Shown here: positions 38,583 through 47,229 of the stretch, in pieces
Layout: each line of letters starts with the position of its first letter
Position numbering within the stretch: position 1 is the stretch's first letter
Assembly: GCA_022705905.1 (NCBI GenBank)
Contig: JAKJDO010000001.1
Location: forward strand, 28,692-92,691
Reading direction: 5' to 3'
Length of the DNA: 64,000 nucleotides
Origin: Patescibacteria group bacterium
GTDB lineage: Bacteria > Patescibacteriota > Patescibacteriia > Patescibacteriales > UBA12075
Notes under the pieces: generated by a model
The model's input: the letters and a program-made list of their open reading frames with translations, nothing else
Told to the model about the DNA's origin: nothing
Database searches by the model: none
Made by a program: the position numbers and the translations under genes

Positions 38583-41423
38583 TTATTTTAGCTCTCCCCA
38601 ACTATCTCCCGTATTAGCATCAACTACCACCGGCACTTTTAACTTTAACACTTCTTCCATTATCTTTTTAATCTTCTCAGACAATTCCTGTACTTTAGCC
38701 GATTTTATTTCAAAAAGCAATTCGTCGTGTACTTGTAAAATCATTTTTACATCTTCCGTTTTATATTCTTTTTTTATCATCTTCTCAATTTCAATCATGG
38801 CGATCTTTATCATATCCGCAGCTGTGCCTTGCAGCGGTGTGTTGATAGCCATGCGCTCGGCCGCTTTTTTAACCATAACTACTGACGAATTTATTTCCGG
38901 TAAATAACGCCGGCGGCCAAATAGCGTTTCCGAATAACCATTCTCCCGCGCTTCATCCACTACTTCTTCCACCCATTTCTTTATGCCTTGATAGGCTTTA
39001 AAATAATTGGCAATAAATTCACGCGCTCTGTCATAAGAAATGTCAGCCGTCTGCGACAAACCGTGCGGACCTTGACCGTATAAAATACCGAAATTAGTTG
39101 CCTTAGCTTCACGGCGCATTTCTTTCGTAACCTCCTCTAATTTAACGCCGTTAATAGCGGCGGCAGTGGCTATATGAATATCTTCCCCTTTTTTAAAAGC
39201 CTCGATCATTTTCTTATCGCCTGACATATGCGCCGCTAACCGTAACTCAATCTGTGAATAATCTAAACTTAATAATTTACATCCCGAGCAAGCAACAAAA
39301 GCCTTCCGAATTTCATTGCCCAATTCGGTGCGCACCGGAATATTCTGCAAATTCGGTTCGGTTGAAGATAAACGACCAGTCGCCGTAATCGTTTGATTAA
39401 AGCTGGTATGCAAGCGACCATCTTTTTTGCTAATTAAATCCGGCAAGGCATCGGCATAAGTTGAACTTAATTTTGCTAACTCGCGATATTCTTGAACTAG
39501 CCTAATAATCGGATGGGCGTCTTTTAATTTATCTAATTCATCAGCAGCGGTTGAAAATCCGGTTTTATTCTTCCCGATATTTAAAGACGAAATTTCTAAT
39601 TTTTCAAACAAAATTTCGCGTAACTGCTGAGTTGACTTAATGTTAAACTCTATGCCAGCTAATTTATATATTTTTTTCTCTAATGTCTTTATTCTTTTGT
39701 CTATTTCACGGCTTAATTCTACCAAAACATTTTTGTCGAGTAACACGCCTTTGTCTTCCATATCGGCCAGCACCGTCACAAGCGGCATTTCAATTTCATA
39801 AAATAATTTTTCCATTTTCTGTTCGCGCAATTGTTTGCTTAATGCATTTACGAGCCGCCTAGTAAAATCAGCGTCTTCACAGGAATACAAGCTTAACTTC
39901 TCAGCTTCAACTTCGTTAAAATTTTTCTTATCGCGCCCCTTGCCGAGCAAATCTTCTTTTGATATTTTTTCAAAACCTAATTCCGTAAACGTCACGGCGT
40001 CTAAATTATGCTGGCGTGTACCCGGATTTAACAAATAAGAAGCGATCATCGTATCAAAAGCAACGTTAGCTACATTAATGCCGCTGCTTTTCATTACTCG
40101 ATAATCAAACTTAATATTATGACCGTATTTCTCAATCTTGGGATTCTCAAAAATCGACCGTAAATTTTCTAGCCAAGGATGAATTTTATTCTCTTCTTTT
40201 TTGTTAAAATTGAAAAGAGTGTTTTGCTTGTCATCCTGAGCGCTAGCGAAGGATCTCGTTTTTTTCACCACGCTTACAAAATACGCCTCGCCGTCTTTCC
40301 AGGAAAAACTAATACCTAATAAATTTGCAATCAGGGGATCAAAAGAATCAGTTTCTGTGTCAAAAACAAATCTGCTTTGTTTTTTAAGTTTGCTTAAAAA
40401 ATCTAAAAACTTTTTCTCGTCATCGACTAAAATATATTTAAATTCTTTTTTATTCCTCTCAAATTTATCAAAAATCTCTCCTCCTTTCTCTCGCCCCCTC
40501 CCTTTTTGAAAGGGAGGGGCGGGGAGGGTTTTAGCGCTGCCTGAAAACAAACTATGAACGCGCGGCAAAAGCGACTTAAACTCTAAATCGCTAAACAATT
40601 TTACAACTTCTTCTTGCTTGATATTGCCAAACCGAGCATCGTCTAAATTAAACTTAATTTTTACATCACGTTTAATCGTTGCTAAACTTTTTGACATCAA
40701 CGCATCTTTTTTATGCTCTTTCAATAATTCTCTAATTCTATCTTTGATTTTAGCTGAATTAATATTTTTATAAACTCCATCTAAGGTTTTAAATTCAATT
40801 AATAATTCACTCGCGGTTTTCTCGCCAATGCCTTTTACGCCCGGAATATTATCGCTCGGATCGCCGCGCAAAGCCTTATAATCAATCATCTGCTCCGGTT
40901 TTAAACTAAAGCGCGCTTTCACTGTTCTAGCATCATACAAAATACTGTCAGACAAACCACGGCTCATCGTATAAACTTTAGTATTATCATCAACTAACTG
41001 CAAAGTGTCCATATCACCAGTTACAATAATCTTTTCAATATCACCATCAACTCTGGCGGTAATCGTGCCGATTAAATCGTCAGCTTCAAAGCCAGCTTCA
41101 GCAAAAACAGGGATGGCAAAAGCTTCTGCTAATTCTTTAACACGCGGAATTTGCGTATATAAATCATCCGGCGCTTTAACGCGCGTCGCTTTATAATCTT
41201 TATATTCAATATGCCGGAAAGTCGGCCCAGCTTTATCTAAAGTTAAAACAACATAATCAGGCCTAAACTCTTTTAACGCTTTAAGTAAAACAGTCGCAAA
41301 ACCATAAACAGCATTAACCATCTCCCCTTTTTTAGTGGTCATAGTTGGCGGTAAAGCGTGAAAACTGCGATGTATCAGCGCATTTCCGTCAATTATTATC
41401 ATTTTTTCCTTTTTGCTGGTCAT
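38583..41423 (-). CDS. polA: DNA polymerase I (5'-3' exonuclease, 3'-5' exo-like and polymerase domains).
   Basis: N-terminal IIIDGNALIHRSFHA, exo motif FDTETDS, and polymerase motifs (DYSQIELR, QVHDELLFE). Confidence 0.9.
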   Translation of the reverse strand: MTSKKEKMIIIDGNALIHRSFHALPPTMTTKKGEMVNAVYGFATVLLKALKEFRPDYVVLTLDKAGPTFRHIEYKDYKATRVKAPDDLYTQIPRVKELAEAFAIPVFAEAGFEADDLIGTITARVDGDIEKIIVTGDMDTLQLVDDNTKVYTMSRGLSDSILYDARTVKARFSLKPEQMIDYKALRGDPSDNIPGVKGIGEKTASELLIEFKTLDGVYKNINSAKIKDRIRELLKEHKKDALMSKSLATIKRDVKIKFNLDDARFGNIKQEEVVKLFSDLEFKSLLPRVHSLFSGSAKTLPAPPFQKGRGREKGGEIFDKFERNKKEFKYILVDDEKKFLDFLSKLKKQSRFVFDTETDSFDPLIANLLGISFSWKDGEAYFVSVVKKTRSFASAQDDKQNTLFNFNKKEENKIHPWLENLRSIFENPKIEKYGHNIKFDYRVMKSSGINVANVAFDTMIASYLLNPGTRQHNLDAVTFTELGFEKISKEDLLGKGRDKKNFNEVEAEKLSLYSCEDADFTRRLVNALSKQLREQKMEKLFYEIEMPLVTVLADMEDKGVLLDKNVLVELSREIDKRIKTLEKKIYKLAGIEFNIKSTQQLREILFEKLEISSLNIGKNKTGFSTAADELDKLKDAHPIIRLVQEYRELAKLSSTYADALPDLISKKDGRLHTSFNQTITATGRLSSTEPNLQNIPVRTELGNEIRKAFVACSGCKLLSLDYSQIELRLAAHMSGDKKMIEAFKKGEDIHIATAAAINGVKLEEVTKEMRREAKATNFGILYGQGPHGLSQTADISYDRAREFIANYFKAYQGIKKWVEEVVDEARENGYSETLFGRRRYLPEINSSVVMVKKAAERMAINTPLQGTAADMIKIAMIEIEKMIKKEYKTEDVKMILQVHDELLFEIKSAKVQELSEKIKKIMEEVLKLKVPVVVDANTGDSWGELK
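40230..40258. repeat. Solo arm of the GTCATYCTGAGCG...CGAAGRATCTCG repeat family, in-frame inside polA (encodes ..RSFASAQDDK..).
   Basis: Same 29-mer family as 41528-41577, 51801-51866 and 62016-62135. Confidence 0.5.
40476..40535. repeat. G/C-rich palindromic repeat inside polA: cgccccctcccttt-ttga-aagggaggggcggggaggg followed by tttt. It encodes ..LPAPPFQKGRGREKGGE..
   Basis: Hairpin-forming, compositionally aberrant, and the same family as the holA-UTR and yidD-yidC elements. Confidence 0.5.
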
Positions 41424-41437
41424 TGTTTTTTTCTTTT

Positions 41438-41462
41438 GTCATTCCCGCGCAGGCGGAAATCC
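41438..41462. repeat. Hairpin repeat GTCATTCCCGCG-cag-GCGGAAATCC (family of three copies: 41438, 51161, 56478).
   Basis: Near-identical 24-mers with an 8-bp stem attcccgc/gcgggaat, each just upstream of a gene start (polA here). Confidence 0.5.
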
Positions 41463-41527
41463 ATTTCCTTATTCATTCTACTCCTATTACACCACATAAA
41501 AACCCTTAAAACAAGCCCATCCTCTTT

Positions 41528-41577
41528 GTCATTCTGAGCGTCTGCCTTGCCTGGCAGGCGGGTTAGCGAAGAATTTC
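41528..41577. repeat. Solo copy of the GTCATTCTGAGCG..GCGAAGAATTTC repeat with an internal palindrome gccttgcctggcaggc.
   Basis: The family appears in four places in the window. Confidence 0.45.
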
Positions 41578-41688
41578 GTCTCCTTGCCTTTTACCTAACC
41601 AGGGTATAAAATTAAAGTGTAAAAAGCCAGATTATACCTATTATTTTTTATTGTTTTACTCGCTAGTTTTAAACAAAAAAACAACAAA

Positions 41689-42214
41689 TTCGCATATAAC
41701 TAGTTAAGTGGAATTTTTTTGCTCGCCTATAAGCGCAACATTTATTAAAACCAGATAAACAATTAACTACACGGAACTTCACGACATCAGAATCATCAAA
41801 CAGGACGAAAGAGGTATAATTTATGATTGTGGCAAATCCAGTTTTATTTCAAGAAAGAAAGGAACTATAAGTGCCAATCATAAACATGAAGATCCCGAAA
41901 TTGTTTACCTGGTTAAAGGAGAAGTGGAATTAACAATTGGTGATGAAACCCAAATTGTAAAAGCTCCAATCATGTTCAAGACTGATTCTAATGTTTATCA
42001 CAAATTGGTTGCGCTTACTGATATAGAACTTGTTATTGATAGAGACGGCGAGTAAAAAACTCAAGCCACGCTGCGCTCTCGTTCCGCTTCGCTTCAATCG
42101 GATCACTTAACAAGGGATATATGGTTCGGGGCTCGGCTCGCCCCTCACCCAAATTTTTCTTCCACTTCGTTCCAGAAAAACTTCGTATATACCTGATGTT
42201 ATGACGCCATCGCT
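41689..42214 (+). mobile_element. Candidate small insertion element of about 525 bp. It is bounded by TTCGCATATAACTAGTTA (left) and GTTATGACGCCATCGCT (right). The same two ends are directly juxtaposed at 29064-29094, which looks like an empty site. The cargo is a frameshifted cupin gene.
   Basis: An exact 18-mer is shared between 29064-29081 and 41689-41706. The 13-mer tgaYgccatcgct is shared between 29082-29094 and 42202-42214. Confidence 0.4.
41823..42055 (+). pseudogene. Cupin-domain gene interrupted by a frameshift. MIVANPVLFQERKEL* is followed in the +1 frame by ..SANHKHEDPEIVYLVKGEVELTIGDETQIV..DRDGE.
   Basis: RBS plus ATG, then a stop after 15 codons. The downstream frame has the cupin-like H.H..E...G pattern. 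The frame break is at an A-rich run. Confidence 0.4.
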
Positions 42215-42250
42215 ATCTTTATAGCTATTTAATTATTAATTAATAAAACA

Positions 42251-42631
42251 ATGAACGAACAACCAGACAAAATTGAACAAAAAATACTAGCCTCCGAAGT
42301 GTATGAGGCATCAACCCCAGATCAAAGCAGCCTTGAGAAAGAAGATGCAAACGAAGAAGTCGACGAAATAGTAAAAGACTATCTAAAAGAAGAACTAAAT
42401 GGCAAAGAGCCTGCAACTATGGAGGAAATTATTGCGAATGCTAATAGATTAAATTTAGAAGATCAAGAGATTATTGAATCAGTAGAACGTTTAGCTAAAA
42501 ACGGATTCTTAGACAAAATGGTTGAGGGCGACTATATAGCTTACAGCCTTAACCCAGTAGAAAATTATGGTTCAGAAAGATTGGCACAAAATGACGACGA
42601 AAAAGATAAAGGCTATGATTTAGCCGCTTAA
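42251..42631 (+). CDS. Hypothetical acidic protein (126 aa).
   Basis: Complete ORF, very acidic (E/D-rich), followed by a strong terminator. Confidence 0.4.
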   Translation: MNEQPDKIEQKILASEVYEASTPDQSSLEKEDANEEVDEIVKDYLKEELNGKEPATMEEIIANANRLNLEDQEIIESVERLAKNGFLDKMVEGDYIAYSLNPVENYGSERLAQNDDEKDKGYDLAA

Positions 42632-42642
42632 TTTACCAAATA

Positions 42643-42674
42643 CAAAACAGACCGGAAAAATCGGTCTGTTTTTT
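42643..42674. terminator. Bidirectional terminator: aaaacagaccgg-aaaaa-tcggtctgtttttt.
   Basis: 8-bp stem with flanking A-run and T-run. Confidence 0.6.
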
Positions 42675-42678
42675 ACTT

Positions 42679-42918
42679 TTATATAAGATGTTTTTTGGTA
42701 AAAGCGTAGCCTGAGCTTGATTTTAAATATTTTTCAAAACTATATGCCTTTTGTTTTTCAACAAAAGCAGAATACCAAACCAGAATATATGGTCGTTTTA
42801 TATTTGAATATCTGGTTTTTCCAGAATTGTGTTCATGTATTCTCCGCTTTAAATCAGATGTCGCCCCTATATATCGGCTACGATCTTTTTCGCTTTGAAG
42901 AATATAAACGTAATACAT
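42679..42918 (-). CDS. GIY-YIG nuclease-family small protein (YhbQ/UPF0213-like).
   Basis: MYYVYILQSEKDRSRYIGATSDLKRRIHEHN is a GIY-x10-YIG motif. It is a paralog of the 50700-51017 gene. Confidence 0.65.
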   Translation of the reverse strand: MYYVYILQSEKDRSRYIGATSDLKRRIHEHNSGKTRYSNIKRPYILVWYSAFVEKQKAYSFEKYLKSSSGYAFTKKHLI

Positions 42919-43035
42919 AACTTTGTTGCCCCACTCCGCTAGGCTTCGCGGGGCACCACTTCACTTTTTGATATAACTATTTTATTTTTATATGTGCGTG
43001 CACCGCGTAGCTTGGAGTAAAAGCGACAAGCGAAG

Positions 43036-43111
43036 TGGTGGACCGTACCGGGATCGAACCGGTCACCTCCTGCGTGCAAAGCAGGCACTCTACCAGATGA
43101 GCTAACGGCCC
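43036..43111 (-). tRNA. tRNA-Ala (anticodon TGC), CCA encoded.
   Basis: Manual fold. Acceptor GGGCCGT/ACGGTCC, anticodon loop TTTGCAC, T-loop GGTTCGATCC. Confidence 0.8.
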
Positions 43112-43188
43112 AGCCTATAAAATATGTCAGGGAATATTCCCTGGCAGACTATACTTTTATATCTTAAATCAGAAAAAAAAGCAAGACC

Positions 43189-43449
43189 CTAAACGTCCAT
43201 ATCATTAAGCTGCGGATACATCATCTTTATTACGGGCTTAAAAAGCCAAAACAAAAACGGTCCGATTAAGTTAAATGTCGTCAAAGCGCCCAAAAAAAAT
43301 ACAAAAATACCAATGAATTTATACCACAACCTGCTTCCGCCCCACTTTTCAAAGAAGGCTACTGGCCCAAGATTGTTATAAAGCCAATTGGCGTAATAGG
43401 TAACAGAAAAACCTAAGGCCAATAAAAGAATACCGATAACTGTTTGCAT
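43189..43449 (-). CDS. Small membrane protein (86 aa, 2-3 TM).
   Basis: Hydrophobic helices. No family recognised. Confidence 0.35.
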   Translation of the reverse strand: MQTVIGILLLALGFSVTYYANWLYNNLGPVAFFEKWGGSRLWYKFIGIFVFFLGALTTFNLIGPFLFWLFKPVIKMMYPQLNDMDV

Positions 43450-43481
43450 AGTTTTTGTATCTAATTTAAATTTTAATTTAA

Positions 43482-44834
43482 TTACTTTATATAGTTTAAC
43501 GGATTATATTTTGTTCCGTTAATAATAACTTCAAAATGAAGATGCGAACCAGTAGACCAGCCGGTTGATCCCATGGCTGCGATTGCTTGTCCTTTAGTAA
43601 CGGCCTCTCCTTTCTCTACATAAAATTTTGATAAATGGGCGTATCTGGTTTTTTTGCCACCGCCATGGTTAATGACTATCTGATTGCCATAGCCGGACCC
43701 CCAGCCCTCAATTTCAACTGTGCCCGAGTCGGCGGCATAAATCGGCGTGCCCAATGGTCCGGCAATATCAAGGCCGGTATGACGCCAAGAAAAATATTGC
43801 GTGATTTTTCTAACACCTGCCGGCCAATTCATCTTGTTGCCGGAAACAGGAGCAGCTCCCGGATCCTTAACTAAATCAACAATCGTAGAAATGCCGGTGT
43901 AACGGGTTGGCTGCGCAACCGGAGTCGATATTTTTTTACCGCCAGGAATAAATAATTTGTCGCCTACTGCCAATTTAGAACCATCTGCAATTTTATTGGC
44001 TTCAATAATTTTATTTTCTTCAATGTCATATTTTTTAGCGATGCTAGCCAGAGTGTCGCCCTTAGCCACTTGATGATTAAGACCGCTCATCGGCAAAATT
44101 CTCAATTTATCACCCGGCCTAATCAAACTATAAACGCTCAAATTATTCTCCCATAAAATCGTGCTGACGCTAATCTCAAATTTTTCCGCAATTGTGCTAA
44201 TAGTGTCGCCTTTCTCAACAACGTAAGTTGTCGTTTCTGTGCGCGGCCGCTTAGAGATCTTGGTCGTAGCAATATCCGGCTTAACCATAGAACCCCCTTC
44301 TTGAATGGTTTTTATCTCACCGCCCTCTTCTTCTCCGCTCATGCTAGCGGTTGTTTGCGGGCGAAAAGCGCTTAAATTGTCTAGATACGATTGTTGAATA
44401 GCGGAAATAGTTTGTTCTTGATTAAAAGTCTCAACAATAAGCTGTTGGTCATCATAACCAGGGGCGTTAAATTCATTGCTGATTAAATCAGCCAGTATTG
44501 TCCGCGCAGGATTAATCGGCATATTCTCGGCACTGGTTCGATAAGATAAATTTATAAAAAGAAGCAAGGCTGTCATGCTGACCACTAATATATGGACAAA
44601 TTTTTGTTTAAATAAAAAAACTACCGGATTATGCCTAGCTCTCTGCCAGCCCAATTTTTTAATTATAAAAAAATACCAACCATATATTCGCACAATCACT
44701 TTGTAAAAAATTATCCGTAAAATGAAACGTAATGGTAAAAAAATAATATACGTGAAGACGAATGCTAATACTTTCTTTAATAAAAGCAAAAAGCTAATCA
44801 AAACTAACAGTAGGGAAACGGCAAAATTTATCAA
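43482..44834 (-). CDS. M23-family peptidoglycan endopeptidase with an N-terminal TM segment and two LysM domains.
   Basis: LysM motifs (YVVEKGDTISTIAEKF, HQVAKGDTLASIAKKY) and the M23 catalytic region (HTGLDIAG..., GSTGWSTGSHLHFE). Confidence 0.8.
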   Translation of the reverse strand: MINFAVSLLLVLISFLLLLKKVLAFVFTYIIFLPLRFILRIIFYKVIVRIYGWYFFIIKKLGWQRARHNPVVFLFKQKFVHILVVSMTALLLFINLSYRTSAENMPINPARTILADLISNEFNAPGYDDQQLIVETFNQEQTISAIQQSYLDNLSAFRPQTTASMSGEEEGGEIKTIQEGGSMVKPDIATTKISKRPRTETTTYVVEKGDTISTIAEKFEISVSTILWENNLSVYSLIRPGDKLRILPMSGLNHQVAKGDTLASIAKKYDIEENKIIEANKIADGSKLAVGDKLFIPGGKKISTPVAQPTRYTGISTIVDLVKDPGAAPVSGNKMNWPAGVRKITQYFSWRHTGLDIAGPLGTPIYAADSGTVEIEGWGSGYGNQIVINHGGGKKTRYAHLSKFYVEKGEAVTKGQAIAAMGSTGWSTGSHLHFEVIINGTKYNPLNYIK

Positions 44835-45013
44835 GAGATTGGCGCCTTTCTTGTCTTTATTTTTAAAATTATTTTTTAACTGATAATAACCAATATATTT
44901 AAATTAGAATAAATAAAAAAAGCTTTAATATTAGCTTAAAATTTACAACTCAATTATCATTATTGCTAAAAATAACGTACCATGTTTTTTACCTCCAGTC
45001 AACCAAAAACAAA

Positions 45014-45043
45014 AAAGACTGTAAAAAAATATACAGTCTTTTT
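45014..45043 (-). terminator. Terminator after rnj: aagactgta-...-tacagtctt plus U-run on the minus strand.
   Basis: 9-bp stem with A-run and T-run. Confidence 0.55.
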
Positions 45044-45061
45044 CGCTATTTAGATACTATC

Positions 45062-46918
45062 TTACACCTTTATTATTACTGGCAGAACCATCGGACGACG
45101 TTTAGTCTGGCTAAATAAAAATTGTCCTATCTCGTTTCTAATCTTATTCTTTATATAATCATCGTCAGCCGGCGTGCGCGAATCATGATCTTTGACAATT
45201 TTCTTTACTTTCATTCTGGTTTTCTCGATTAAATCTTTATTCTCCTTCATATAAACAAAGCCGCGAGAAATAATATCCGGGTTGCCGATTGGATCGCCGG
45301 TTTTAGAATCAATAGTGGCGATAGCTACAATCATGCCGTCTTCGGACATAACGCGGCGGTCGCGCAAAACGATATTAGAAACATCGCCCACCCCCAAACC
45401 GTCAACCATGACATAATCAGTGGGCACTCTTTCGTCAGTCAACTTGCCAACTACTGTTTGCCCGCTTTTGCTAAGTTCAACTACCTGACCGTTGTCGGCC
45501 ACAAAAATTTTATTTTCCGAAATGCCAACTTGCGCCGCCAATTCAGCATGGGCCTGCAACATATAATGGTTAGCTTCAATCGGCATAAAAAATTCCGGTT
45601 TTAAAAGACGCATCATTAACTTCAAATCTTCTTGTTTGGCGTGACCGCCAGCATGAACATCCATCATTTCATAATGGATAATGCGAGCGCCCTGCCTAAC
45701 AATCATATCTTTTAAATTTTGAATACTGCGTTCATTGCCGGGAATAACCGACGATGAAAAAATGACAGTGTCGCCTGGCTTTAAACTAATGGTGCGATGG
45801 TCGCCATTCACTACGCGCATTAAGAAAGCGTTACTTTCAGCTTGAGCCCCTGTTCCTAAAATAATTACTTTTTTATCAGGCAATCTGTTCAAATCATGAT
45901 CGTTGATTAAAATGCTGGGATTAAATTTCAGATACCCTATTTGGTGAGCAATCTCGACGTTATCGTTCATGCTTCTGCCTTGCAAATATATTTTGCGGTT
46001 ATATTTCTCGGCTAAATCAAATATCTTCTGAACGCGACTTAATTGGGAGGCAAAAGTGCCGATAATGATGCGGCCTTCTAGCTTCTCAAAAATTTTATCA
46101 ATTTCGTCACCGATGGAAGATTCGGATACTTGGTAGCCTGGCTTACCGGAATCAGTTGAGTCAGACATCAAAAGTAAAATGCCTTTGCCGCCAATCTGGG
46201 CAATGCGATTTAAATCAGCTGGCTTGTCATTAACCGGGCTATAATCAATCTTAAAATCACCGGTATGAATAACCGTACCAATCGGCGTATGAATAATCAC
46301 TGCAAAAGTATCTGGAATTGAATGGTTCAGGCGTAAAAATTCCACGCGAAAATTACGACCTAATTGCAAAATGCTATTTTCATCAATTTCCTTAACGTTC
46401 AGCTTGGGACATCTCTTAAACTCTTCACAACGCTTTCTGACTAAACCAGCTGTTAATTTTCCCGTAAATATGGGCGGATTGCCGATATTGCCGATAATAT
46501 GGGGCACCCCGCCGATATGATCCATGTGCCCGTGAGTTATCACTACGCCCTTTATCCAATCCTTCTTGTCTTCAAGATAGGCAGCGTTAGGAATGATATA
46601 ATCAATGCCCGGCATATCTTCTTCCGGAAACTGCAGACCCATATCAATAATAATAATTTCTTTGTCATACTCAATTAAAGTCATATTGCGACCCACTTCT
46701 TCCAAGCCGCCGAGTACAATCACGCGTAGTTTTCCTTGCTCAAATTTAGCCTCTCTGTTTTTAGGCGCTAAGTGGGCATCTTTTCTGGCGTTGGCAGACT
46801 GGACTGTTGTTTTGCTTTCTTTGGCTGCTCGCAGACCGACATAAGAACGGCCGCTCGCCGGTTTGTCTTTTTTTTCTTCGCTAGTTCGCGATAAATTTGG
46901 TTTGTATTTTGTTATCAT
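45062..46918 (-). CDS. rnj: Ribonuclease J with a basic N-terminal extension of about 60 aa.
   Basis: Metallo-beta-lactamase motif VITHGHMDHIGG, beta-CASP and C-terminal domain. Length is 618 aa. Confidence 0.85.
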   Translation of the reverse strand: MITKYKPNLSRTSEEKKDKPASGRSYVGLRAAKESKTTVQSANARKDAHLAPKNREAKFEQGKLRVIVLGGLEEVGRNMTLIEYDKEIIIIDMGLQFPEEDMPGIDYIIPNAAYLEDKKDWIKGVVITHGHMDHIGGVPHIIGNIGNPPIFTGKLTAGLVRKRCEEFKRCPKLNVKEIDENSILQLGRNFRVEFLRLNHSIPDTFAVIIHTPIGTVIHTGDFKIDYSPVNDKPADLNRIAQIGGKGILLLMSDSTDSGKPGYQVSESSIGDEIDKIFEKLEGRIIIGTFASQLSRVQKIFDLAEKYNRKIYLQGRSMNDNVEIAHQIGYLKFNPSILINDHDLNRLPDKKVIILGTGAQAESNAFLMRVVNGDHRTISLKPGDTVIFSSSVIPGNERSIQNLKDMIVRQGARIIHYEMMDVHAGGHAKQEDLKLMMRLLKPEFFMPIEANHYMLQAHAELAAQVGISENKIFVADNGQVVELSKSGQTVVGKLTDERVPTDYVMVDGLGVGDVSNIVLRDRRVMSEDGMIVAIATIDSKTGDPIGNPDIISRGFVYMKENKDLIEKTRMKVKKIVKDHDSRTPADDDYIKNKIRNEIGQFLFSQTKRRPMVLPVIIKV

Positions 46919-47069
46919 AATTTATTTTATGTAAATTTAAAATTTACATTATATTTTTTTATTAATTATTAATTTCCGCCAAAGTTGCCGCTTGACAATA
47001 CTGCTTGAGTACTTCAACTGTCGACCAATCAGCTAAAAACGGCAAAAATCTTTGGTTAGAAAAAAACTG

Positions 47070-47153
47070 TGCCGGAAAGAGGACTTGAACCTCCATGGAC
47101 TTGCGCCCGCATGCACCTGAAGCATGTGCGTCTACCAATTTCGCCATTCCGGC
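47070..47153 (-). tRNA. tRNA-Leu (anticodon CAG) with a long variable arm.
   Basis: Manual fold. Acceptor GCCGGAA/TTCCGGC, anticodon loop TTCAGGT, long extra arm, T-loop GGTTCAAGTCC. Confidence 0.8.
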
Positions 47154-47229
47154 AATAGAATAAAACTGCGCTGAGTTAACCGCTCAACAACACTTCTTAT
47201 AATATATAAATAAGCTTATTGACTAATGA

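Noticed and set aside
39835-41196. Small antisense ORFs inside polA (39835-40038, 41005-41196), and similar ones inside infB, rny, glyA, dnaA, murD, SBP, nusA and ppaC.
   Set aside because: All are opposite-strand shadows of well-supported long genes.
46962-47147. 61-aa minus-strand ORF.
   Set aside because: It overlaps tRNA-Leu(CAG) entirely. It is an artefact of the GC-rich tRNA sequence.
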